Assembly: GCA_934255135.1 (NCBI GenBank)
Contig: CAKQMV010000008.1
Span: 1-64,000, forward strand
DNA length: 64,000 bases
Source: an uncultured Clostridia bacterium
Lineage (GTDB): Bacteria > Bacillota > Clostridia > Peptostreptococcales > Anaerovoracaceae
Direction of reading: 5' to 3'
In this document: positions 28,101 to 37,957 of the stretch, piece after piece
Position numbering within the stretch: position 1 is the first letter of the stretch
Layout of the letters: each line of letters begins with the position of its first letter
Position numbers and translations under genes: made by a program
Notes under the pieces: model-generated
Told to the model about the DNA's origin: nothing
Seen by the model: the letters and a program-made list of their open reading frames with translations, nothing else
The model's database searches: none

Positions 28101-28457
28101 ATGAGCGTCATTATTGAATACGGCGAGGATGAGAAGCTGCAGCATGAGCACGAGCATGAACATAATCATGAACATAAACACAAGCACTCACACGAGCATT
28201 CGCCTGAGGAGAAGAAGAAGCAGCTTAACAGAATAGCGAGAGCAATCGGTCATCTTAAGGCTGTGCAGGGCATGATTGAACGCGATGAGGACTGCTCAGA
28301 TATTCTTATTCAGCTTTCTGCTGTAAGATCTGCGATTAACAACCTCGGCAAGGTTATCATCGACGAGCATCTCACACACTGCATCTATCATGCGATAGAA
28401 GAGGGCGATGATACGACGGTTAAGGAGTTCCAGGAAGCAATAAGGAAATTCATATAA
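28101..28457 (+). CDS. CsoR/RcnR-family (DUF156) metal-sensing repressor with a His-rich N-terminal tail
   Basis: The core carries the C...H-x3-C fingerprint (EDCSDIL ... EHLTHC). The N-terminal tail is HEHEHEHNHEHKHKHSHEHS. Confidence 0.8.
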   Translation: MSVIIEYGEDEKLQHEHEHEHNHEHKHKHSHEHSPEEKKKQLNRIARAIGHLKAVQGMIERDEDCSDILIQLSAVRSAINNLGKVIIDEHLTHCIYHAIEEGDDTTVKEFQEAIRKFI

Positions 28458-28544
28458 CCGATATCCGTCTGACTCGTATTAATGAAGTCCATAAATATAA
28501 TTAATGTATTCAGGACATTGTTAAAGTTAATTTAATAACTTAAA

Positions 28545-28573
28545 TTGACTATAGAAGCATAAGAACCTACAAT
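28545..28573 (+). promoter_or_regulatory. Strong sigma70-like promoter of the nif-like/hyp operon
   Basis: TTGACT (28545-28550), a 17-nt spacer, then TACAAT (28568-28573). Confidence 0.65.
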
Positions 28574-28576
28574 ATA

Positions 28577-28736
28577 GGTATCTGATACGAAACGTAACAC
28601 TTGAGTTGAAGATACGCCATGCAATATAGCTTAAAGGATGTCGGTGAACCGGCCAGAGGCTGCTTTACCAATCGTCCGCTACGATATGTAATACAAGAGG
28701 CAGTATCTTCAATTGCGAAGATACTGTTTTTTATTT
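28577..28736 (+). promoter_or_regulatory. Unclassified cis-regulatory leader (riboswitch-like or attenuator) with mutually exclusive terminator and antiterminator
   Basis: TTGAAGATAC (28606-28615) is perfectly complementary to GTATCTTCAA (28703-28712), the 5' arm of the terminator. A GTATC/GATAC motif recurs 5 times. No known riboswitch core was recognised. Confidence 0.55.
28701..28736 (+). terminator. Intrinsic terminator inside the leader
   Basis: cagtatcttc-aattgc-gaagatactg forms a 10-bp stem, followed by TTTTTTATTTT. Confidence 0.8.
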
Positions 28737-28778
28737 TGTTATATAGAAGAGATTTTGTTATATAGAGGAGGTCATCCC

Positions 28779-29027
28779 TTGAACGGAAATAGAATTGCGA
28801 TAATCGGAATAATAATCGAGAAGAGCGAATCGGTTGAGAAGGTTAACGCTCTTTTGCACGACTACAGTGATGTAATTGTTGGAAGAATGGGTGTTCCCTG
28901 CAAGGATAGGGGAGTCAGCATTATAAGCGTGGCTCTCGATGCAACACAGGATTCAATCAATACGCTTGCGGGAAAGCTTGGTCGAATCGATGGTGTTTCA
29001 AGCAAGGCGCTATGCGTGTCGAAGTAG
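28779..29027 (+). CDS. TM1266-family ACT-like small regulator (the family annotated as putative iron-only hydrogenase system regulator)
   Basis: RIAIIGIIIEKSESVEKVNALLHDYSDVIVGRMGVPCKDRGVSIISVALDA matches my recollection of the TM1266 family. The TTG start at 28779 follows the RBS AGAGGAGG. The ORF-track start at 28713 lies inside the terminator hairpin. Confidence 0.65.
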   Translation: MNGNRIAIIGIIIEKSESVEKVNALLHDYSDVIVGRMGVPCKDRGVSIISVALDATQDSINTLAGKLGRIDGVSSKALCVSK

Positions 29028-29039
29028 TGGAGGAGACAG

Positions 29040-29786
29040 ATGAGAAGGATAGCAATATACGGCAAGGGCGGTATAGGCAAGTCAACAATCTGCTCTAATC
29101 TTGCATCAGCAATGGCTGCGGACGGATTTAAGGTAATGCAGATCGGCTGCGACCCGAAGGCAGATTCAACAGCACTTCACAGGAAGGGGGTTAAGCTTCC
29201 TACAGTTCTTGACACAATGAGAGCGAAGGGAAGTGACTGGGGCCTTGATGAGGTTGTACATGTAAGCGATGATGGAGTTTTCTGCATCGAAGCTGGTGGA
29301 CCGGTTCCTGGACTTGGCTGTGCCGGCAGAGGAATCATCACAGCACTTGAGAAGCTTGAAGAGAAAGGCCTGTATGAGAAGTATGAGCCTGATGTGATTC
29401 TATACGATGTTCTCGGAGACGTTGTGTGCGGAGGCTTCAGTATGCCAATGAGATCAGGCTATGCAGATACTGTATATGTTGTGACCTCAGGTGAGAACAT
29501 GTCAATCTATGCGGCGGCTAACATTGCGATGGCTATAAGCAACTTCAGAGGTAGAGGATATGCGAAGCTTGGAGGTCTTATCCTTAACAGAAGAGATGTC
29601 AGAAACGAAGAGGATAAGGTAAGAGAGCTTGCAGCAGACCTTAAGACAGAGATTATTTCAGATATCCCAAGGTCATCTGATATCCAGGATGCGGAGGATG
29701 CCGGCGAGACTATCGTAAGACTGATGCCAGGCTCTGAGGTATCAGAGATTATTAAGAAGACTTCACGCAGAATCCTTTCTGAATAG
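29040..29786 (+). CDS. NifH-like ATPase/reductase component #1 (NifH/BchL/CfbC superfamily)
   Basis: 248 aa. P-loop [10 protein letters not shown]. The 4Fe-4S ligand contexts GLGCAGRGI and [12 protein letters not shown] are present. It is shorter than a bona fide NifH. Confidence 0.9.
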   Translation: MRRIAIYGKGGIGKSTICSNLASAMAADGFKVMQIGCDPKADSTALHRKGVKLPTVLDTMRAKGSDWGLDEVVHVSDDGVFCIEAGGPVPGLGCAGRGIITALEKLEEKGLYEKYEPDVILYDVLGDVVCGGFSMPMRSGYADTVYVVTSGENMSIYAAANIAMAISNFRGRGYAKLGGLILNRRDVRNEEDKVRELAADLKTEIISDIPRSSDIQDAEDAGETIVRLMPGSEVSEIIKKTSRRILSE

Positions 29787-29854
29787 CAGGATAACAGGAC
29801 AACAGAACAACAACCATTAAACATTAAACAGTTTAGTAACAGAGGCTAATCAGA

Positions 29855-32380
29855 ATGAAGGATATGATTAATACAGAATCATTAAGAATAGAAGATACGA
29901 CTTTCCCAGCTCCATGGAAGAGTCAGCTGGAGTTCAGCTCTCCAGCGAGAGGAACGTGGAACATCGTTCACACGGGAATGCTTATTCCGGAAAGCCACCA
30001 GATTTTTGTCTGCGCGAAGGGCTGCCTCAGAGGTGTAGTTCTTACGGCTGCCGAGATGGGCGAGATGGGAAGATACTCGGCACTTGAGATCAGAGAAGAG
30101 AATGTTCTTAACGGCGATATGGAGACAATGATGATAGACGGCGTTACAGATATCATCGAGAAGCTGCCGGTAAGACCTCGTGCTATAGAGCTTTTTATAA
30201 GTTGTCAGCATTTCTTCTTAGCATATGATCAGAAGCTTGTATTCAGAACTCTTAAAGAGAAGTTTCCGGATATAAGCTTTGTGGACTGCTACATGATTCC
30301 AACTCTTCGTAAGAGCGGAATTACACCGGATCAGAGGATGAGAGTTCAGATGTACAGAATGCTCGAGAAGGGACATATGTCACCTTCGAAGATAAACCAC
30401 ATCGGCTCGAATCACAGGATCAGAAGCAGCTCGGAGATATATGCTTTTGCCCGTAGAAACGGATACATTTTAAGATCCATTCACGACTGTGAGAGCTTCG
30501 ATGAGTACCTTGAGATGGCAGATGCGTGCTTTAACATCGTGACTGAGCCGCTTGCACTTAAGGCTGCAGAGGATATGGAAGCAAGACTCGGTATTCCTTA
30601 CGCATATGTGCCTAACGTGTTCAGATTCTCAGATATCGAGGAGGCTTACAGGAAGCTTTCTCTTGTAACCGGCGATCTTGCACCATACAGAATGCATGCT
30701 CAGGTTGAGATTGACAAGACTAAGAAACTTATCGGTGACGCTGAGATCGTGCTTGATTACACATTTACATTTAGAACGCTGAACCTGGCTAGATTCCTTG
30801 TCGAAAAGGGCTTCAACGTGACCGATATTTACATCGACAGCTTCCTGCCTGAAGATGAGGATGACTGGAAGCACCTTAAAGAGAACAGACCTGGCATAAT
30901 GATTCACCCGACGAACAGACCTTCGATGAGATTTGAGAAGGCCGGAAGAACTGATGCGATTGCACTCGGACAGAAGGCGGCTGAATTTGCGGGAACAGAT
31001 CATTTTGTGAATATTGCTGAAGGTGGCGGACTTTTCGGCTTTGCTGGAGTAGCGGAGCTTATGGAGCTTATGCGAGATGCATATATAAATGAGAAGGACA
31101 GACGAGAGGTCATTCAGAAGAAGGGCTTTAATCAGAGAAGTCTTCTAGATGAATCGGAGTGCCTATGCTCATCGGAGCCTCGAATCAGCAGTCTTACCTC
31201 AACAGGAATCAGAAGCTCTGCGAGCCTTATACCGACATATTCATCGGACGAATTCGGTGCATGCTCATCGCTTTATGAGCTCGGCGGAATGGTAGTAATG
31301 CACGATGCATCGGGTTGCAATTCAACTTATACAACTCATGACGAGCCAAGATGGTACGACCACCAGAGCATGATATATATATCGGCAATTTCTGAGATGG
31401 AAGCTATCATGGGAGACGACGATAAGCTGATCAAGGACATGACAGATGCGACAGAGGAGCTTCATCCAAGGTTTGCGGCAATCGTCGGAGCACCGATACC
31501 TTACATGACAGGAATCGACCTCGATGCGATTTCAGAAATCCTTAAATCAAAGCTTGAAATTCCGGTTTACGGCATCCACGCCAACGGAATGAATGATTAT
31601 ACGAAGGGAATAGAGATGGCCCTTGAGGCACTGACAGACGACCTCACGGAGGCACCGAAGGAAAATTCAGGCGCACACGACAGGGTCAGAGTCAACCTCC
31701 TTGGAATCACGCCACTTGATTACGCAAATCCATCGAATATGGATGAGCTTTATAAGTGGCTTTCCGAAAACGGCATGATCAAGCACTCAAGCTTCACGAT
31801 GGATTCATCAATCGAAGAGATCAAAGATGCTGCGAATGCTGATGTGAACCTGGTTCTGTCATCGGGAGGCCTTAAGACTGCGAAGAAGTTCAAGCGCCTT
31901 TACGGAATTCCATATGTGATAGGAGCACCTTTGGGCCGTGGATATGCGACGGAGCTTGCGAAGAATCTTAAAGACGCAGCTTCGGGCCAAAAACCTGGTT
32001 CAGCGACATGTGAGCGTCCCGCTTCGGCCGATGTTTTAATCATCGGAGAGGCTGTAACATCAGTTTCGCTCGCAAGAGCACTCGAGCTTGACCTTGGAAT
32101 AAGAGCAAGCGTTGCAGCAACAGTAAGCTGCAGCGATGAAATATTAAGAGCGGGCGACAGATTTACACCATGCGAGGATGCTGTGATAGAGGCTTTAGAT
32201 GAGCTTAAACCAGGAGCTGTAATTGCAGATCCTTTCTACATGGCAATCGTGAATGAGAAGACATTATTTATACCACTTCCTCACGAGGCCTTCTCAGGAA
32301 GAATTTTTGATAAGGAAGCACCGTGTCTGGTTAACACAGACCTTGATGCACTGCTTCAGGTAGGAGAGATAAATGCTTAA
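29855..32380 (+). CDS. Fused nitrogenase component-1-like protein (D-like N-half plus K-like C-half)
   Basis: 841 aa. Residues 1 to about 415 are paralogous to the 33115 protein: the Cys columns VCAKGC, ISCQH and VDCYM match APACCG, ITCVD and LPCYM. Residues from about 456 to 841 are paralogous to the 34414 protein: HDASGC...DEPRW matches CDAGGC...DEPRW. Confidence 0.8.
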   Translation: MKDMINTESLRIEDTTFPAPWKSQLEFSSPARGTWNIVHTGMLIPESHQIFVCAKGCLRGVVLTAAEMGEMGRYSALEIREENVLNGDMETMMIDGVTDIIEKLPVRPRAIELFISCQHFFLAYDQKLVFRTLKEKFPDISFVDCYMIPTLRKSGITPDQRMRVQMYRMLEKGHMSPSKINHIGSNHRIRSSSEIYAFARRNGYILRSIHDCESFDEYLEMADACFNIVTEPLALKAAEDMEARLGIPYAYVPNVFRFSDIEEAYRKLSLVTGDLAPYRMHAQVEIDKTKKLIGDAEIVLDYTFTFRTLNLARFLVEKGFNVTDIYIDSFLPEDEDDWKHLKENRPGIMIHPTNRPSMRFEKAGRTDAIALGQKAAEFAGTDHFVNIAEGGGLFGFAGVAELMELMRDAYINEKDRREVIQKKGFNQRSLLDESECLCSSEPRISSLTSTGIRSSASLIPTYSSDEFGACSSLYELGGMVVMHDASGCNSTYTTHDEPRWYDHQSMIYISAISEMEAIMGDDDKLIKDMTDATEELHPRFAAIVGAPIPYMTGIDLDAISEILKSKLEIPVYGIHANGMNDYTKGIEMALEALTDDLTEAPKENSGAHDRVRVNLLGITPLDYANPSNMDELYKWLSENGMIKHSSFTMDSSIEEIKDAANADVNLVLSSGGLKTAKKFKRLYGIPYVIGAPLGRGYATELAKNLKDAASGQKPGSATCERPASADVLIIGEAVTSVSLARALELDLGIRASVAATVSCSDEILRAGDRFTPCEDAVIEALDELKPGAVIADPFYMAIVNEKTLFIPLPHEAFSGRIFDKEAPCLVNTDLDALLQVGEINA

Positions 32381-33122
32381 ATTAGCGGTATATGGTAAAG
32401 GCGGAATAGGAAAATCAACAACAACGGCAAATCTTGCAGCGGCTTTTGCAAGCCTCGGCAAGAAGGTAATCCAGATAGGTTGCGATCCTAAGGCTGACTC
32501 GACAATGAACCTTCTTTCAGGAACTCCTGTTCAGTCAGTAATGGATTACATGAGAATTAACGATTGCGAGCCGGAGAGACTCGACGAGATTGTAAAGGAA
32601 GGCTACGGCGGAATCGTCTGCATCGAGACAGGCGGACCTACACCGGGACTTGGCTGCGCAGGAAGGGGAATCATAACAACATTCTCACTTCTTGAAGACC
32701 TCGAGCTCTTTGAGACTTACAAGCCTGACGTTGTGCTATACGACGTACTTGGAGACGTTGTGTGCGGAGGCTTTGCAGCACCTATAAGAGAGGGTTACGC
32801 AGAAGAGATTCTTATCGTAACATCAGGCGAGAAAATGGCGCTTTATGCGGCAAACAATATCGCCAAGGCTGTCGAGAATTTCGAGGACAGAGGATATGCG
32901 AGCGTTCGCGGAGTCGTTATGAACAGACGTAACGTTGAGAACGAGGAAGAGAAGGTCAAGGCCTGGGCTGATGAGGCGGGCTTCCCCGTTATCGCAGACA
33001 TTCCAAGAAGCAACGATATTATTAAATACGAAGATCAGGGCATGACAGTTATCGAAGGCGATAGAAGCCTTGAAGTGAGTCAATGCTACATAAAACTTGC
33101 AAAGAGGTTACTTAATGAATAA
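32373..33122 (+). CDS. NifH-like ATPase/reductase component #2
   Basis: 249 aa with [19 protein letters not shown] and [12 protein letters not shown]. It overlaps the upstream stop by 8 nt. Confidence 0.9.
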   Translation: MLKLAVYGKGGIGKSTTTANLAAAFASLGKKVIQIGCDPKADSTMNLLSGTPVQSVMDYMRINDCEPERLDEIVKEGYGGIVCIETGGPTPGLGCAGRGIITTFSLLEDLELFETYKPDVVLYDVLGDVVCGGFAAPIREGYAEEILIVTSGEKMALYAANNIAKAVENFEDRGYASVRGVVMNRRNVENEEEKVKAWADEAGFPVIADIPRSNDIIKYEDQGMTVIEGDRSLEVSQCYIKLAKRLLNE

Positions 33123-34413
33123 ACAGGATGCATTTTATATAACAGCAAGAGATCTTGCAGACGGAGGAATCGAAGGCGTTCCGTCAGAGCTTAAGTCGCA
33201 GGATCACCTAATCTACAGCTCACCTGCAGCGCTGAGCTTTAACTCACCTGGAGCACAGGGCTTCGGTGTCAAAAGAGCGGGTCTTGCAGTCCCAGGCTCC
33301 GTGATGCTGCTGGTTGCTCCGGCGTGCTGCGGACGTAACACAACTATGCTTGCAGAGCTCGGTTCATATGCTGACAGATTCTACTATCTTCTTCAGGATG
33401 ATACAGATATCATCACTGGAAGACACCTTAACAGAATCTCACAGGCAGTTAAGGATGTGGCAGATTTCCATGAAGAGTCGACTGGAACAAGACCTAACGT
33501 GGTAATGATCTGTATCACATGCGTAGACGCACTTCTCGGAACAGATATGGACAGAGTCTGCAGAAAGGCTTCAGAGTTTGCAGGACTTCCTGTTCTTCCA
33601 TGCTATATGTATGCGCTTGAAAGAGAGGGAAGAGTTCCTCCGATGACAGCGGTAAGAAGAACAGTGTACCAGCTCCTCGAGCCAAGGGAGAAGAAGAACA
33701 CAACAGTAAATCTTCTCGGACACTTCGCACCGCTTAACGATGATTCAGAAATCTACGAGCTTCTGAGAGGCATCGGAGTTAAGAAGATTAACGAGATATC
33801 AAGATGCGAGGATTTCGATGAGTATCTTGGAATGGCTGAGGCGAACTTCAGTATTATCCTGAACCCAGAATCAAGACTTGCTGCAGAGGATATTGCCAAA
33901 AGACTTGAGATTCCATCAGTCGAGCTTACAAGAATGTACAGAATCGACAAGATCAGAAAGCAGTATCAGCTCTTTGCGGGAGCTATCGGAGCTAAGATAG
34001 ATGACTCTAAGTTCTACGAGGAAGCGGCGGCGAAGGTAGAAGCTTTTGCCCGTGAGAACAAGGGTAAGAGGGTTGCAATCGGAGAGTGCATGAATGCGGA
34101 TTCATTCGAGCTTGCACTTGCAATGACTGAGTACGGACTTACAGTAACTGAGATTTACGGCACAGTTTCGGCTGAGAGAATGCCATATATCAAGATGCTT
34201 GCAGAACTTAGTCCTGAGACAAGAATCTACACCAATCTCGAGCCGTCAATGCTTTATTACGATTCAAGCGAGCTTCCATGCGACTTTACCATCGGAATTG
34301 ATGCCGGATATTATCATCCGGATGCGCCTAATGTTCCTTGGAATCTCGAGGTTCAGCCATGGGGCTACAACGGTCTTATCCGTCTGATTGAAGAAATAGA
34401 AGGAGTGCTCTAG
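33115..34413 (+). CDS. Nitrogenase component-1-like protein, D/E-like subunit
   Basis: 432 aa, paralogous to the N-half of the fused protein. The ATG at 33115 overlaps the nifH-like stop (ATGAATAA) and follows the RBS AAAGAGG. Confidence 0.75.
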   Translation: MNKQDAFYITARDLADGGIEGVPSELKSQDHLIYSSPAALSFNSPGAQGFGVKRAGLAVPGSVMLLVAPACCGRNTTMLAELGSYADRFYYLLQDDTDIITGRHLNRISQAVKDVADFHEESTGTRPNVVMICITCVDALLGTDMDRVCRKASEFAGLPVLPCYMYALEREGRVPPMTAVRRTVYQLLEPREKKNTTVNLLGHFAPLNDDSEIYELLRGIGVKKINEISRCEDFDEYLGMAEANFSIILNPESRLAAEDIAKRLEIPSVELTRMYRIDKIRKQYQLFAGAIGAKIDDSKFYEEAAAKVEAFARENKGKRVAIGECMNADSFELALAMTEYGLTVTEIYGTVSAERMPYIKMLAELSPETRIYTNLEPSMLYYDSSELPCDFTIGIDAGYYHPDAPNVPWNLEVQPWGYNGLIRLIEEIEGVL

Positions 34414-35466
34414 ATGAAGGGTTTACTAAGAGTTATGTCACCGTTTGCGCCTGACCAGTCAGGTGCGGCTTCGGTGTTTTACGATATGAATGCGATTACA
34501 GTCATATGCGATGCCGGCGGATGTACCGGAAACGTGTGTGGCTTCGATGAGCCGAGATGGCAGAAGAATGCGAGACCGATTTTCAGTGCGGGACTTCGTG
34601 ATATGGATGCGATTCTCGGAAGAGATGACAGACTGGTCGACAAGCTTAAGCTTGTTTCAGATAAGAGCGATGCGGATTTTGCTGCTATAATCGGAACTCC
34701 CGTGCCGGCAGTTATTGCAACTGACTTTAAGGCTCTCAAAAAAATGGCATCAAAGCGTTGCGGCATCCCAGTTGTAACGTGTGAGTGCACAGGAACTAAT
34801 CTCTACGACAAGGGTGAGGAGATGGCTTACCTCGAGCTTATGAAGACGTTCACAAGGGACATGGATGTGTGCGAGGGAAGAGTCGGAGTCCTCGGTGCGA
34901 CACCACTTAACTTCAGCGATATTGAAGCTGACAAGCTTATCAGAAAACACTATATGGAAGAAGGCTTTAGCGAGGTGCTTGTCTACGGCATGGGCGACGG
35001 ACTTGATTCGGTAAGAATGGCGGCGTCATGCGAGATGAATATCGTAGTTTCAGCTTCGGGACTTGCTCCGGCAAGATGGCTTAAGAAAAATTATGGGACA
35101 CCTTACAGAGTTGAGTGCCCTTTTGCAGGCGAGGCTGCAGCTAAGGCGGCAGGAGTGCTTAAGCATTCAAAGGTTCTTATCGTACATGAGCAGGTTGCTG
35201 CAAACAGCCTTAGAGATGCGATGGAGGACTGCGACGTTACAGTAGCGACCTTCTTCACACTCGATAAGAACATTGCAAATGAAGGCGATGTGCTGGTGGA
35301 GACAGAGGCTCAGTTTATAGAGCTTGTCGAAAATGGAGGCTACGATGCAGTTATCTGCGACGAGCTTCTTAGAAGAGCCGTAAAGGATGGAACCTACGGC
35401 ATTTGGATTAACCGAAGACATTTTGCAGTCTCCGGAAACCTGGAGGAAGGATTATGCGAACTCTAA
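34414..35466 (+). CDS. Nitrogenase component-1-like protein, K/N-like subunit
   Basis: 350 aa, paralogous to the C-half of the fused protein. Its start codon directly abuts the upstream stop. Confidence 0.75.
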   Translation: MKGLLRVMSPFAPDQSGAASVFYDMNAITVICDAGGCTGNVCGFDEPRWQKNARPIFSAGLRDMDAILGRDDRLVDKLKLVSDKSDADFAAIIGTPVPAVIATDFKALKKMASKRCGIPVVTCECTGTNLYDKGEEMAYLELMKTFTRDMDVCEGRVGVLGATPLNFSDIEADKLIRKHYMEEGFSEVLVYGMGDGLDSVRMAASCEMNIVVSASGLAPARWLKKNYGTPYRVECPFAGEAAAKAAGVLKHSKVLIVHEQVAANSLRDAMEDCDVTVATFFTLDKNIANEGDVLVETEAQFIELVENGGYDAVICDELLRRAVKDGTYGIWINRRHFAVSGNLEEGLCEL

Positions 35467-37760
35467 GAATCTGCGTGTACGGAATAGTGCAGGGTGTAGG
35501 CTTCAGACCTTTTATTTCAAGACTTGCTGACAGACACGGAATACTCGGAAGCGTGGCGAACAGAGGTTCATATGTTGAGATTTTTGCCTGCGGAGAGGAC
35601 GATGAGCTCGATGCTTTTAAGGCTGGAATTGAAGCTGAGGCTCCACCAAGATCTGCAATTCTTAAAGTAACAAGCAGAGATATATCGGATAAGGCTCCTG
35701 CTTATCATGATTTTCAGATAATAGAGAGCACTGCGGAGAGAGGCGACATCTTCGTATCACCGGATATTGCGACATGTCCGGAATGCAGAAGAGAGCTTTT
35801 TGACAGTGGCAACAGAAGATATATGCATCCGTTCATTAACTGTACGGCATGCGGACCTAGACTTACGATTCTCGATGCGATGCCTTATGACAGGGAACGT
35901 ACGAGCATGAAGGAATTTCCAATGTGTCCGGAGTGCGAGTTTGAATATACTCATCCGGAGACGAGAAGATATGACGCGCAGCCCGTGTGCTGTAACGACT
36001 GCGGACCAGAGGTCTATATAGTCGGAACTGATATCAGAGGAAGAGATGCGATTACACGCGCAAGACAGGCCGTTATTGATGGTGAGATTGTTGCGATAAA
36101 AGGAATCGGAGGCTTTCACCTCTGCTGCGATGCGACTTCGGAGGAGGCTGTAGCAAGACTCAGAAGGCTTAAGAGAAGACCTGCTAAGCCATTTGCAATT
36201 ATGGCTAGAAGTCTTGAAGCGGTGGATAGAATCTGCAGCATTCCATCAGATTCTGTAAGAGAGCTTCTCGATGGACACAGCAAGCCGATTGTTCTTCTTG
36301 AGAGAATAAATGAAGGCGTGCTCGCACCATCGGTTGCACCTGATAATCCGAATGTTGGTGTTATGCTTCCATACGCACCGGTTCAGATGCTGATGTTTGA
36401 CTATAACGACGATCTTGACATCGGAACAGATTATTTTGTAATGACGAGCGGAAATGTATCTGGAGCACCGATCTGCAGAACAGATGAGGATGCAGTAGCT
36501 GAGCTTTCGGATTTCTGCGATGTGATATTAAGTCACAACAGAACGATAAGGCTTCGTGCGGACGACTCTGTTGTGGATGTATATAAGGATGAGCCTTACA
36601 TGATCAGACGTTCAAGAGGCTTCGCTCCTCTGCCTGTTATGACAGAAGAGGAGATTGAGGCATCAGTTCTCGCTGTTGGAGGAGAGCTTAAGAACACATT
36701 CTGCATCGGAAAGGATCAGCTGCTCTATGAATCATCGTTCGTCGGCGATATGGCTGATGTAAGAACGGTAAGAGCTCTGAATGAGTCAATAGACAGAATG
36801 GCAGAGCTTCTTGAGACAGACCCTGAGGTGGTGGTGTGCGACCTTCATCCTAAATACAATACGACCGAGGTTGCTGAAAGATATGCAGATAAGCATAATA
36901 TTCCTCTTATCAGACTTCAGCATCATTATGCTCACATTCTGTCGTGCATGGCGGAAAATGATTATACAGACGAGGTCATCGGCCTGTCTATGGACGGAAC
37001 AGGCTATGGAACAGACGGAACTATCTGGGGTGGCGAAGTTCTCCTGACAAGAAGAGACGGCTTCGAGAGACTTTCTCATATCGATCCGTTTATGCAGGCC
37101 GGCGGTGACCTCTCTGCAAAGGAGGGCTGGAGAATTGCAGCTTCTATGATAGGTTCGCTTTTCGGTGATGATGCAGAGGTAATCTCTGAGAATCTCGGAA
37201 TCTGCAGCGAATCAGAGTTTAAGCTTATTCGCACAATGACAGAGCGAGGAATTAACTCTGTGAAGTCGACGAGTGCGGGAAGACTCTTTGATGCAGTAAG
37301 TGCGATCCTTGGAGTAAGAAGAGCGTCAAGCTTCGAGGGTGAAGCGGCTACAACACTGCAGTTTAGAGCAATTGAAGCTAAGGGCGAATCAAAGTACCCA
37401 GGCCAAAACCGTGGTGACGGTTCGATAGCTTCCGGTGAGATTGTTAAATGGCTCGTAGGAGAGATGCTTCAGGCAACCGATAAAGATCAGACGCAGCGGG
37501 AGCTTGCGTGGGCCTTCCACGAAGCTTTTGCCCGTGAGATGGCGGACTCGGCACTTTACTGGTCGGAGAAGACAGGAATAAAGACAATAGCACTAAGCGG
37601 CGGTGTTATGCAGAATACTCTGCTGCTTGGAATGCTTGAAGAATACCTTGAGGAGAGAGAACTTAAGGTTATAAGACATCATATGATTCCACCGAATGAT
37701 GGCGGAATCGCGCTTGGGCAGGCGCTATATGCCCGTTGGGAGGTAGGAAAATGTGTGTAG
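35454..37760 (+). CDS. hypF: Carbamoyltransferase HypF
   Basis: 768 aa. It has the acylphosphatase motif VQGVGFRPF, two CxxC-x18-CxxC zinc fingers, and YrdC-like and Kae1-like C-terminal regions. Confidence 0.92.
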   Translation: MRTLRICVYGIVQGVGFRPFISRLADRHGILGSVANRGSYVEIFACGEDDELDAFKAGIEAEAPPRSAILKVTSRDISDKAPAYHDFQIIESTAERGDIFVSPDIATCPECRRELFDSGNRRYMHPFINCTACGPRLTILDAMPYDRERTSMKEFPMCPECEFEYTHPETRRYDAQPVCCNDCGPEVYIVGTDIRGRDAITRARQAVIDGEIVAIKGIGGFHLCCDATSEEAVARLRRLKRRPAKPFAIMARSLEAVDRICSIPSDSVRELLDGHSKPIVLLERINEGVLAPSVAPDNPNVGVMLPYAPVQMLMFDYNDDLDIGTDYFVMTSGNVSGAPICRTDEDAVAELSDFCDVILSHNRTIRLRADDSVVDVYKDEPYMIRRSRGFAPLPVMTEEEIEASVLAVGGELKNTFCIGKDQLLYESSFVGDMADVRTVRALNESIDRMAELLETDPEVVVCDLHPKYNTTEVAERYADKHNIPLIRLQHHYAHILSCMAENDYTDEVIGLSMDGTGYGTDGTIWGGEVLLTRRDGFERLSHIDPFMQAGGDLSAKEGWRIAASMIGSLFGDDAEVISENLGICSESEFKLIRTMTERGINSVKSTSAGRLFDAVSAILGVRRASSFEGEAATTLQFRAIEAKGESKYPGQNRGDGSIASGEIVKWLVGEMLQATDKDQTQRELAWAFHEAFAREMADSALYWSEKTGIKTIALSGGVMQNTLLLGMLEEYLEERELKVIRHHMIPPNDGGIALGQALYARWEVGKCV

Positions 37761-37957
37761 GATTAGCGGCTAAGGTTGTTGGTATCAAGGATGGTGCGGC
37801 AGTTGTTGATGCATCAGGTGCAAGACGTGAGGTATCAGCTGAGATGATCGAGAATCTTGAACCGGGCGATTACGTAATGGTTCATGCAGGAATTGCAATT
37901 GCGAAGATTACTTCTGACGATACAGAAGAGACAGATGAACTGATGGAGATGCTCTAA
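37751..37957 (+). CDS. hypC: HypC/HybG/HupF-family chaperone
   Basis: 68 aa starting MCVG, so the essential Cys2 is present. It follows the RBS GGGAGGTAGG and overlaps the hypF stop. Confidence 0.85.
   Translation: MCVGLAAKVVGIKDGAAVVDASGARREVSAEMIENLEPGDYVMVHAGIAIAKITSDDTEETDELMEML

Noticed and set aside
28616-28700. Classifying the leader as a T-box (GGTGaACCGG resembles the T-box GGUGGNACCGCG) or as a cobalamin riboswitch (GGTGAA..CC..GC)
   Set aside because: These are only short partial matches. There is no specifier-loop or AGAGA/GNUGNGA elements, no B12 box (GCCACTG) and no appropriate downstream genes. I left it unclassified.
28619-28762. A 47-codon ORF inside the leader (MQYSLKDVGEPARGC...) as a possible leader peptide
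   Set aside because: It has no Shine-Dalgarno sequence upstream and no run of regulatory codons, and it reads straight through the terminator. It is probably fortuitous.
28713-28778. The upstream start of the TM1266-like ORF (MRRYCFLFCY...)
   Set aside because: That start lies inside the leader terminator hairpin. The TTG at 28779 has a consensus RBS (AGAGGAGG, 6-nt spacing) and gives the family-typical length of about 82 aa.
29040-35466. A bona fide N2-fixing nitrogenase (nifHDK / nifEN)
   Set aside because: The NifH-like proteins are only 248-249 aa and the D-like and K-like proteins only 432 and 350 aa. The Cys spacing differs from the NifD P-cluster pattern. No nifB, nifV or nifX, and no Mo, V or Fe-only accessory genes, are present. 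The cluster is better described as nitrogenase-like (group IV-type), pending phylogeny.
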